Below, piece by piece: positions 50,490-62,203 of a DNA stretch of 64,000 nucleotides. Every line of letters begins with the position of its first letter. The stretch's first letter is position 1. A model generated the notes under the pieces. The model saw only the letters and a list, made by a program, of their open reading frames with translations, searched no databases and had not been told where the DNA came from. This DNA comes from Nageia nagi. Lineage: Eukaryota; Plantae; Pinophyta. The position numbers were made by a program, and so were the translations under genes. The stretch lies in NCBI GenBank assembly GCA_050084985.1, contig JBITNC010000002.1:5332001-5396000 (forward strand), read 5' to 3'.

Positions 50490-50634
50490 CTGTATTGACA
50501 AAAAACGCAGTGAATACACATCAAATCAAGAAAAGCAGCACTCGTGAACACATTCTTTGCAAACAAAGAATTGCAATACAACAAATGCAGAAATTGTTCT
50601 TTATTAATCGAGACGTGTAGTGAAGCATTCTCAC

Positions 50635-50744
50635 CTGATTCCATATAGGAGCACCAGGTGGCCCAATAACTGTAGTCTGGCTATTTTTCTTACTTCGAAT
50701 GACTTGATCACCCAGAACAAGGACTACATATGGATCGGTCTTCC
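50635..50744 (-). CDS. NTMC2T5: NTMC2T5-like exon (C2 domain); upstream exons lie outside the window
   Basis: cag|GG KTDPYVVLVLGDQVIRSKKNSQTTVIGPPGAPIWNQ|gtgaga; near-identical to the family motif. Confidence 0.95.
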
Positions 50745-52789
50745 CTGCCAAAGTAAAATAAAATGGCATTAATGCTATATTTTTAAGCAGTGGATCAATC
50801 TATTATATGTCCACAGAAATCAAGGCACACAACACTGTAACCCCAAAAGGCATTGTGAATGGCACAGGACCAAAGCAGCAAGTGTATTTGGTGCAGATAT
50901 AGCAAATATTCTTAAGGAATTGGATAAGCATATTTAAAAAGACAGACATAGGTATAGTATTATTGATGGATAGATAGATATGTATTCTGGGTAACTACCC
51001 TTTTAGGATAGGGTCACATACTTCATACTTGGGAAAAATATTTTTTTAGGTTAGGATTGCATTCATATTGTTTAATTGTTGTTATTCCTTCTTTGTTTTG
51101 AGTGGTATATCCCCGTATCAATCAGCATAGGCAGATCTGGTATATTGATGAAAGGCAGTAATATCTATTACCTGTCTCTGTCATACCATATCACATGTCG
51201 AGCAGGGGGCAGCATATCTGGAAATCAAGATGGAGTGTATATTATATCAAAACTGAACAAAGAGACAAAAATGCAGATGATCTGTTCTCAGTCTATATAT
51301 TGAAAGAGGCAATGATGACAGTTTCAATCATTGTGTTATCTTTGGAATGTACAACACAACCCGAAACATATAGGGCACCAGCTTGTTGAGAATTGGCATC
51401 TATAGTAGTCTGATGGGGTCAAGATTACCATAGTTCTTGTTCATGTATCTAAAAGAATATTTTTATCAAATTGTAGAGCTAAGAAATCTCAATGCTTCTT
51501 TCAAAGTATGCTCTCTTGCAGTCATTTGTTCTAACATTTTTTGTTATTATGTGCTAATCTAAGTCACCATATATACCCACAGCAATTCCAGATAAACATT
51601 CAAACATCCAGTAAAAATATGCAAAAAGGATCGGCATCATAAAAGAGTATGCCTCTTTGCCATGACCAAATACGGCTATGGCAGAGATCATCAGTAAATC
51701 AATGTTTATTTTATTTAATGTCCAATGCCCTAAGTAATATAGGAAATGATAAAATGTGTGTATCTCTTGTTGAGATGTTAGGGAGGATTTCATTAGACAT
51801 TAAAATGTCTCTTATACTATTTTATATATTGGTGATTGGTGGATGGGAAATTTACTAGATGCAACAAAATATTTCCATAGATGAACTCTACCAATTCAGA
51901 ATTAGCTGAAAATGCTATTCTGGGGACAATTATACATGTCAAAGAGTTTAAGTCAAATTTGGCACAAACTATCTTTTACTATTTTAAAAAGCAAAAATAA
52001 TAGATATTTGAAGCCATTTGCAACATGGTACACACTCTGAAAGTTGATGCATCTTCTATCTATTTCCAATGACGACTCTTTTTGGAAATGTACTTAATCT
52101 TCTTATGGAAAAACTCATGGATGTAGAGAAATATAGCATTGGTACATGCCCACTTTTAAGCCATATGGTAGTAAGGAATATGTGAGGGAACATGTTGACC
52201 CCATCTCTAGTTTTGAAAGATATTGTCAGAATTTTAAAACATTAAAATTAGCCTCATGTGATCCCCTTAAGCATAAAAAAGATCTAAAGGCATTTTTGCA
52301 TTTTAATTTGACTATCTCATTCATTAGTAGCACCTCAACCAAAGTGTAGCAACTAATGGTCAAAGGCGTAAAGGTAAACGAAGACTAATGCCTTATGCAC
52401 CCAAATTTTCATACTAGCCACAACAAGTTTAAAATGACCTTTGTTTTTTATCCATTTTTAAACCAATGAAAAATGAACAATAAAGCTCATAAACCTCCTT
52501 CACTACATGATCGTGAAAGCCGGGTTAGATGGGAAGTGCAAATTAAATAAAATAATAAATAAATAAAACGAAAATTAACTAAATAATAATAAAACAAAAA
52601 TATAAACAATTTTCCAAAACACAAGCTTTTAAAGAAGATGCAAGGATGTAGCAATGCTAGACCATTTCGCAAACCTGCATCGAATTCATTTTCTATTTCT
52701 CTAGATAGGCACATAGGATAATACAAAATCTTTTACATCAACCTCTTTGCTATTCCGTATGCCTTAAAACTTACAAATTCTATTAACAA

Positions 52790-53423
52790 GAACCTTGAAT
52801 CTTAAAAGTTGAAAATGTATGGGCATGCAAAGTTTGCAATTCCATTAGTTCATTCGCAACTTCGCATGTGTGTAACTAACAAGCGCTAAATATTGAACTT
52901 TCAAATATGCACTCATGAGACAATGCAAAAACATTTGCAATTCATATAATTCAATCACACCTTCACATATACATAACTCACAAATGTTAAATGTTGAACT
53001 TCAAGAGTTGCACACATGCAACAGTGCCAAAACATTGGCAGTTCATTTGCATACACTTAACTCAGAAACATATTGAACTTTCGAAGTTACACATGTGATA
53101 GTGTGAAAATATTTGTACTTCCTTTAATTCATTCGCAACTTCACATATTTTCAATTTACAAGTTTGTTAAGTCTTAAAAGTTAAAAATATGTTAACACGT
53201 GAAGTTTGCAATTCCATCAGTTTATTTCCACCTTCCCATATGCTTAACTCACAAGCCATAAGTATTGAATTTTAAGAGTTACGTACATGCAACAATGCGA
53301 AAGTACTTGTAGTTCATTTGATTCATTCACAACTTCGCAAATTTTCAACTTTACAAGTTTGATAAATCTTAAATGTTAAAAATGTGCAAGCATACGAAGT
53401 TTGCACTTCTTTTAGTTCATTCA
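52790..53423. repeat. Degenerate ~90-100-bp tandem array
   Basis: Recurring TCTTAAAAGTT.AAAAT..AAGTTTGCAATTCC, TTCATTC.CAACTTC.CA and TATTGAACTTT units. Confidence 0.7.
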
Positions 53424-53940
53424 TGTGATAACCCTAACCAAAAATATTGGTAATCTTGCAAATAAAATTCTGATCTGCTCAAATATACCAGATCTATTCA
53501 ATGTTGAACCCTAAATCTCATATCAACATTCAATTTTACCACAGTATTTCAGATTTGCAATTTATTCAGAAATGGAGCCAGGAATCACAAAAAAATTGCT
53601 AGATCTCACGCTACAATTTTTATTAAAATATTCTGCAAGTTGTAGTACATTGATCAGCCCTCAAAATACATAAATCAGCCATCAAACATGCACACAAAAG
53701 TCCCTAAGGCTGGATGCCACCCTCTAAGAGGCAGATCATGCCTAAAACCACACAAAAAAGGATCCCTCAAATCTGATCTGATCTGAAAGCTGAAATGACT
53801 CCACAATAGGATTCTAAACCCTTAGATCTGTTGCACACAATCTCAATTAGGCACACATGTAAACCCTAGATGGATTCACCCTCAAGAGACTCAAAGAAGT
53901 AGATGCTGCAAAGTACAGTGTTGATGCCATCCATCCTGCA
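53424..53940 (-). mobile_element. Truncated LTR-like fragment
   Basis: Abrupt start TGTGATAACCCT; CAGATCT-rich composition similar to the solo LTR at 17678; no second terminus. Confidence 0.35.
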
Positions 53941-53949
53941 GAATTATTG

Positions 53950-56035
53950 CTAGAAGTTTTAAGCATCAACAAGACAAACTTCTTGCATTAATCAAGTGTT
54001 TCACTTGGCTAGTTGTCACCAACGTAATTCATTTCTTACTTTTATAAGCATAAACATTATAAGCTATTCCATCTTTAATCAACCTATACAGATTCCTCCT
54101 TCTGAAGTAGATGGCATCTCTATTCCACAAATAAGGATTGCCAAACACAACACCATAGATGTCTAAAGGTACCACATCGATAAATTTTGCATTGATAGCA
54201 AATTTCAACTTGCATTGCTTAGTGACTTGCAACTTGGCATCATTTGGCGCCCATCCCAAAGGATATATATGAAGATGGTTGTAGGTATTCAATCCCAACT
54301 TGCTCATCAGGATCTCAGCAATCAGATTAGCTTGTGATCCCAAATCAATGATGGAATAAATTTTAGTCTTCTTGGCTTGAATCTTGAAATGAAATAATTG
54401 TGTCTTCTTCTCCTCTACATCCTTGGAGTTCGCAATCGTTTGAACTACTGCACAATTGAGTTTCTCATCCACATCAGAACTATCCTCCACATCCTCACTC
54501 TTGGTGATCATAGCATTCTTCCTTTCATGATTGTTCTTCTTGTAAGGATACAATTATAGATGAATCTTCCAACACTTATCATCTACATGACCATTCTTGT
54601 CACAATGTGAACAATGTGTTTTATCATCATCTTTCTTTGTGGTGTTAGTGGTCTTCCTATCTTATTGCTTTTGCTTGCCTTTGTCTTGAGATTTCTCCTT
54701 CTCTTATTGAACCTTCTAATTCTTATTTTTATTGGAGTTTTCACCTTATTACATATGTTTTCTATTTTCTTCCAATTATTGAGCTTATACACTCGATCAA
54801 GAATTAAGGAATTAAACAACATGATAGTCTTTCTCAAATGACTATGTAATCCTCCAACATACTTCATCAACACTTGTGGATCTTTGAGAGAGATCCCAAG
54901 CAACATAGGTTGTTTTCTAAACAAAAAATTCTCATTTCATGAGTTGTTTATTTTGATGACCCAAAGGATATAATTGTTCTCTAAGTAAATTTTTGAATAC
55001 CACCCATGAATAAATAGGCTAATGGTTATCATGTTTAAGGGATTTCATATCGCTTTTCCCACCAAACTAAAGCATGTCCATCCATTTTAAGTCTTGCTAA
55101 AGAGATATTTTGTTCTTCATTAACTACATCTTGGATTTGGAAATATACCTCCAGTTGCTTCAACCAATAATTTAACTTCTCAGCATCAACTTCTCCTCCA
55201 AATGTAGGGTTGTCTACCTTGGCCTCTACTTTGAAAGGAACTGAAGAGGCAACTAAAGAAGGACCAACACTATCCAAACTTCCTTCCTCATTCATAGGTG
55301 GTCTTTGTTCCTCATTTTTGGACTATCTTCCAAGCTCCATATCCATGAGACGAGCCATATTCTTCTCCATAGCAATGAATCTCCTTTCAAAATCTTCATC
55401 AAACATTCTTGATCCAAATTGCTCACCCCCTTCTCTTTCCATGGAAGTATTTCTTTGCCTTCTCCCAATTTTTGAGTTAAATGGAAATATCTTGGATCTT
55501 TGAGATCTTCTACCCTACATACATATGCCTCAAATAAATACCAAACTAGAGCATAACCTTCTAATTTAAGTGTAGCCAACTCAATTTTATCAATATCATC
55601 TTCAATCCATTTTCTTAAGCCATTGGTTAAACTTTGTTGCATCAATCTCTCCACCAATGGATTTGAGATAAAACTTAACCTCTAACTTGAAGTATGATTT
55701 TGTCACTGATCAAGAACTTCCTCCAAAATGTAGGTCTTTCCTTGCAACACCATCTCAAGTCTTTTTTAACTTTACAATTATATTGACCCCATTATAAAGA
55801 ATTTCTTTTACACTTTGAAATCTTCTCTTAAACTCATCTTGCGTAGAATCCATGGCAATTTCTCTTTGCTTTCTCTACCAAATTTTCGAGTCAATCTTTA
55901 GATCTTCTTCAACAAGATCACCTTCACCTTTCTTGCTTTTGGATCTAGTAATCATGCAAAAACAATACCAACTATCCAAATTCTAGCAACAATTGATCAA
56001 TAAATGCCCATACAATCAACTGCTCTAATACCTAC
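53950..56035 (-). pseudogene. Old CRM-like gag-protease with leader and PBS
   Basis: FKVEAKVDNPTFGGEVDAEKLNYWLKQLEVYF; CSHCDKNGHVDDKCW knuckle; LFHFKIQ..IIDLGSQANLI..YPLGW; PBS remnant GGTATTAGAGC at ~56022-56032. Confidence 0.82.
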
Positions 56036-58937
56036 TATTGTGGCATCCACAACACGCCCCAAATTTTTAGTCAATTTGAGGACCCACAAATTTTGACAAT
56101 AAGGAGTCGCTCAGGAAGAGTGACCAAGTTGATGGTGTCTTGAGATCAAGAGGTGTTGGAGACTAGAATTGGTGAAAATGAACAAAAATTGAAATTCTAG
56201 TAGCAACAGAGTAAGATTTTGGCTAAGTCCTCCTCAAGTGCATGTCCTCAAGAAGACAACCTCCTTGTCTCTCCCAAGACTTGCGCCAAACTTCTAAAGA
56301 GCTCCAAATGATCATTTCAAGCAATCGAGGCCAAATTTGACTAAGTATGGAACACCTTTTGTCTTGGCGCATTCTTGGAGGGAGACATGCACCTTAACCC
56401 TAGGAAGAATTGTCTTGGGCTTGTCTCTTCCCCCTTTAACGCAAATGCAAACTAGGACATCCACTTTGACTACTCCAAGACTTACGCCAGCATTTCAGAG
56501 ACTCATATAAGCGAAAAGGGTGGAAATTAACTAAGTACTAGACATGAAAACCCCTCCTATACACTAGCGCAGGTCTGACATGAGATAAGCATCTTGTCTC
56601 CTCCAAGATGTGCACCCAAATCATGCAACCTTCCTAGCGCAAGTGTAGCACAAGACAACCTTCATGACTCTCCCGGGAGATGTACCAGCCTTGTAAGAGC
56701 TTCAAAGGATAATTTCAAACAAGGACAAATTTTGGCTAAGTCGAGCATTTTCTCCTTAGGTGCAGGTCTATGTGGAGACAAGCTTCATGACTCCCAGGAG
56801 ACTTGTGCCAAGCTCAAATGCACTTCACCAAGGCAAGTGCAAGTCAAGACATGCATGATGAACCCCTCTGGACTTGTGTTGCGTTAGCACTTCCTCATTC
56901 AGACAAAAGTATGGACATAGACACCAATGTTGACCTCCTCAAGGCTTGCACAAGAGAAACTCATCCTTCCTGGGCGCAAGTCTCACACAGGACAACATCC
57001 TTAACCCCAGGCAGACTTACGTGGGCTTCTTGTCCATCATCTTGGCGCAAGTGGACATCTAGACAAGCATCATGACTCCTCTCACACTTGCACCAAGCTT
57101 TCCTCATCTTCCTGAGGGCAAGTCATTGCCAAGACAAGCTCTTTGACCTCTTCAAGACCTACGCCAGCCTTGCATGGTCCTCCCCATTAGCATGAAGTCC
57201 CCAAAAGAGAGAAAAATCACAAGTCCATTCTTAGAGCAAGTCCAAACCAAGAAAAGAGTTTTGACTCCCCAAAGATATGTGCAAGGCCTAGTTGTCTCTC
57301 TTTGTCACAAGTCCAAACCAAGACGAGGTTGTTGACTCCCTATAGACTTGCCTTAGGCTGTCTTCACTCCTTTTGGCACAAATCCAACCCAAGACACCTA
57401 TCTTGTCTTCCCCAAACCTTGTGCAAGGCTTATACTTCCTCTTCTTGGGCACAAACTCAAGGCAAGACAACAAGGTTGACCTTCTTAACACGTGTTGGGT
57501 TCACATTCTTCCTCCTTGGCACAAGAGTCACAAGGGACAAACTTCATGACCTCCATGATACCTGCGCTAGGCTTCCAGGTACATGTCCCAACCAAGATAC
57601 ATTCCTTGTCCTCCTGGAAACCTGTGCTAGCCATGAAGTCACATCTTGTGCGTAGGTCATGACCAAGACAAGCATTTTGACCCTCCAAACACATGCTCCA
57701 AGTTTGCAGGTTAAAGTTCAAGTTCAAGAACGGAGACATCCCCAATAGGCGAATAGTGAAGGTTCTGAGCCAAGGGTGAAAAGGGGTAGATGAAATCATG
57801 GGTACTAGTTGATGGAAGTTGTTACATCTTGAATGAAATATTTTTAATTTTGTTTTATGCATATATTATCTATTTTGGACACCAAATTTTATATATTTTC
57901 GTTCAAGCCTTGTGATGGATGAGGATTTGCTCCCACAAGTGCAAATTTGATCTTGTAGCACCATGTGGCATCTTTTTATTGGACCGTTGATAATTATTTT
58001 GATTAATTTTATTTTAATTTGCATTAGGGTTATAGAAACACATAGGGTTGCCATCCAGATACTATAAATAGCCCTAGAGTTCTCATTTTGAGGAGGGATG
58101 AAAAATTTACTTGTGAGAGCTATTTAATTCTTTCAAGCCAACACTAAGTGAATTGCTACACTTCATTTCTCGTGGCCATTGACACATTGTGCATATGAAT
58201 GTTTATTGCTTAATGAACACTAAGTGAATGACATTGCTTTCTTATATTACTTGTGCTACTTGTTCATTCATAAATATCTTGAGAGGCGGATGAAAGAGTG
58301 TAAGATGCGTGGTATCTGCATAGTGATGGTTGATGGCTTGCTATTAGACTTGTGCAACTCTGGAGTGTTCTCTTTTATGTTGTTTGCCCTAGGAACTTCA
58401 CTCATGTGTTGAAGGAGCTCATAAAGGCATATCATTCTCTTTTGATACCCCTTTGAGGTCTTGCTCCCTCTCTTAGACCATTCGTGTTGTTGGTTAAAGA
58501 GAGAGGATTAAGAGCGCATGGAACCTAGACAAAACCCGAAAGAGGTTGGCATCCAGACCTTGCATTGGTCAGTGAAGTGTGATGCAAAAGTGTTGAACGC
58601 ATATACCCAACACTCATCCTGTTTTTCTTTTATCTTTCACTTTCTTTTGGCAGCCTTTGCACCCCAAGTAGGAATAGTAATCAAGAAACATCTCTTGCCA
58701 AGGTACTGTAAAATCCGAGTCTTTGAACAAACAAATCTTATTTTAAGGTTGGTAACAGCTTCAAACATCTTAGCCAATCTTTGAGCCCCGTTCCTGCCTA
58801 TTCACTAGAGAGACCTTTGAGGTAACCAGTCCTCGTAGCAGAGGAGGTTAACGTCTTCTCACCTAAGGTGTTGGAGTTCTTTCGATCCTTGCTACTAGCT
58901 ACTCATCAGCAAGGTAGAAAAGAAAATCACCCCAACA
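56036..58937 (+). mobile_element. Large (~2.9 kb) solo LTR with internal degenerate repeats
   Basis: T(A)TTGTGG..CACAACACGCCCC start and ..CCCCAACA end; many GACTTGCGCC/GCGCAAGTC-like motifs; TATA at ~58062; TSD degenerate (CCTAC/ACGAC). Confidence 0.72.
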
Positions 58938-58943
58938 ACGACA

Positions 58944-59398
58944 TGATACGTAAAGTTTAGTTTCCTATGGCATTCTTGCCTCATCACATACAGATTTTAA
59001 CACACTTATCTTTTAAGTGCTTGCAAAATAAATTAAACTACAAATCACTCATAAGTTGCCAAAATAAAATATAACGATAAGAGGTCAAAATCATCATCAC
59101 ATAAGATACACCGATGTACCCTAGGCAAACCCTCAAATGGAAAGAAAACCCTAACAACAAAATCACCACGTCCTTTTATTCAATGATGATCAAAATTACA
59201 AGAGTGCATAAGGATAGCATGGAGCAACACTCACATTCAGCTAGAATGGACTCACAAAACTCCTCTCCTATCTCACTCACACTCTACAAATTCTTCATTC
59301 TCTCCTCTTGAGAATTCTCACAATTCTTCAAACACAAAATGGATTACCTTTCTTCTCCTTTAAACTCCCTTTTATAACATTTGAAAGGATTAAACTTG
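58944..59398 (-). mobile_element. Partial 5' LTR of the old CRM-like element
   Basis: TGAT terminus that adjoins the PBS once the solo LTR is removed; minus-strand TATAAAAGGG near 59370; interrupted by a LINE tail. Confidence 0.55.
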
Positions 59399-62195
59399 GA
59401 AAGAAAGAAAGAAAGTGTATTAATGTCCATAGATGGCCAAAAGCAGTCAATGGGACTAGTGGATAAATCATGTTATAGGAGCCTGTGTAACCCCTAATGG
59501 ATCCAATCTAAGAAAAACACAAAGAAAATAGTATAAATATAAGTACATCTGAACAAAACGAATCAAAACCTAAAGAGGGAAAGATGTACAAAAGGATGGT
59601 CAAGAAAGGGTCGGCAAGAAAGGGCCATCTTAGATCTCTCCGAAAAAGGGGTCCAAGGGTTCTCTCCATTGGGGAGAGGTCTCGCTCATCCGTGGGGATC
59701 ATGCCTAAATCCTTGCCGCCAAAAGTGAAAGAGGATGCGATATGGCATGTCCTCACCAATGCCTAAGTGTTAAGAAGGTGCCTCCTGATACGACGTGTGG
59801 TAAGTGAGGGTTCGTCTCGTGTACATCTACGAATCCAATTTGTAGAAGAAGCTCAAAAACAAGACATCATTCGATGATCTCCTAATGGTTGCTGAGCATG
59901 AGAGAGAAGATGCTTCCACAAAAGGAAGGAGTCCTACAGATAAAGAGCCAAACATCGCTGATCAAGATAATGGAAAAAAGTAGCCAACAATTTGTGGGGG
60001 TCCCGAAAGAGGTAGTGGTACCGGCCTCAAATCTCATAGTAGACTGAGCACCAGAAAATGAAATGTGGGCACCAAAAAATAAAGTGCTCCTCAGATTCAA
60101 TCTCAAGTGAGCAAAGGCGGAAAACACGTGTCACGAGCTAGATGATGATCTACCTCGATCCTCAGTTGGTGGGAACATACTCGAAATTGTCCTAAGGATG
60201 TTCTCAAACCAAGGGGAATATGTAAACTAAAGTAAACTGGTGGGAGGATCAAACCACTATCAATCTACAAATACTATTATACATAGTGTGCCCACTTTGG
60301 CGATAATGGTTGATAGGGGAAGACCCAAGCGATCTAAATAAAGACCCTATAAAAGGTGTCTCGAATTTGATCTGATAAAGAGTCCGCTAGAGAATTGATT
60401 GTATGCCCCTATGGTTTAGGAAGGGTATCCAAAGAGAAACCAAATCTCTGGAGTAAGTCATTGACCTCGGGAAACCGACATTTGCGGTAGCCCTGTGTAG
60501 CTAGATCCATCGAAGAAGCCAAAGCCCTTGAGGGGAGTCTCCTTGTGTCGTTTTGAGGACCAATAAGGCGATGTAGGCACTGGAGAAAGAGGATTATATA
60601 GGCGAGAGCCCACACCTGAAGAGGCTGACAATCGAACTCCGCCAGCATGATAATGTGGGGAGCTGACCTCTTGCTCCGAATGGAGCGAGATAATGTGCTA
60701 ACGAAGATCCTCTCCCCCAAGGTTCAATCTGCTGCTCTTAAGCTGTGTCCCCAAATCTCTACACCATATAGTACCATCGAGGTAACTTGACTGTGGAAGA
60801 GGTGTAATTTGGACTGAATGTCCTGGAAGTGAAGTTGTACGCATTGTCTCTCCAAGGTGGATATCGCCACATATCCTCGACGGACTCTAGGTGGCCTTGC
60901 TCTCCTCATAGAAAATCTAGGGCCTGGGAACAGCACATCCAAATATGTATAAGAGGTAGTGGAATCTATAATATCATCTTGAAAGATGATCCAAGTTTGT
61001 TCCAGTATGGCTTTCGAAACGTTGAAAGCCATAACCTTAGTCTTGCTAAGGTTCACCGTAAGCTCCTATCAATCACTAAAAGAGTCTCATACAGTGTCAA
61101 TATGGTTATGAGTCCAATCTTTGACACTTCCAATCGCCTGAGGCGATCTACAAGTCTATGATGTGGAACAATGTCAAAAGGCCTTTTTGAATTCTGTATA
61201 CGTTTGGAAACTAGCCTCCTCTATGATTGCCCGAAGGGTAAATATATGATTTGTGATGCGGTGATCTTGTTAGAAGCTGCCTATCCTCTTGCTCTAAACC
61301 CTCTAACATCGACCATCTGAGAAATGTAGTCCTATAAGATCGTGGCATAAAGCTTGGCCAAGGTATGACCGATCATAATGGTACGGTTATTGCTCGGTTC
61401 TTTAGGATCACTGGGCTTGAAAATGGGATGAATGATGTTTGAGGTCCAAGAGGAGGGAAAAACCAAACAAATGACATTGTTGAAGAATGAGGATAGAAAA
61501 GGCAGGAGGGTGAATTTGGCATGTTTAAAGAATTCAGCCTGGAGGTTTTCGATGTCAGGGGCTTTGTGAGAGCTAAGCTTTCTGATGGCACTATAGATGA
61601 GGGGATGCGGAGGGAGAAGAAATTTGAAGTGAAGGGATGGGAAAAATGGATGGGTGGGTTTTGGTGGGGAACATTGTAAAGTCGGGAAGCATAATCCTTC
61701 CGAGCAGAGACGGATATGGAGTTTGGCATGTGCCTTTTGGGTAGGAAGGTACGCCGAAAAGCTTTTGGGTTGAGGTGGAGTGAGGAAAGTATCTCCAATC
61801 TTATTTAGGCCAAGAAGTGACATTTCTTAGTCCAAAGAAGACAACTGTAGGAACAGTGGAGGGTGGTCATGGAGGACGACGAGGGATCGATGGCAATGGA
61901 CCTTCGGAGGTGACAGTAAGTGTCCTTACACTCAAAATTGAACCAATGGTTCATCGGACAATGACCTAGAAGGCGACAGGAGGGCTATTTTTGTGAGGGA
62001 AGGCTTGGAGGGTTGTGGAACAAAGCGAATCTAATAGAAGAGTGTCTGATCATCCACAGATGGAAGGGAGTGTAAGTCTAGTAATTTCTACTTCAAGATA
62101 TTGTTGTAAAGGGAGTTATGGGTTGAATCAAATAAAATGGTAATGCGGGATGGGATTGGGGTGTAAGGGGCGAAAAGGGGGGTGACATAATGTGG
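59399..62195 (-). mobile_element. RTE/RTEX-like LINE (copy B), RT core deleted
   Basis: (TTTC)n tail at 59399-59415; KAPD..LQAEFF..IHPIFK..NNRTIMIGHTLAKLYA; NLSKTKVM..YTYL; the QG..FxDD segment is missing at ~61075. Confidence 0.85.
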
Positions 62196-62203
62196 GCTAA
62201 TAT

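Noticed and set aside
52501-52515. CACTAC as a possible CACTA terminus
   Set aside because: No matching GTAGTG end with a 3-bp TSD was found and there is no transposase.
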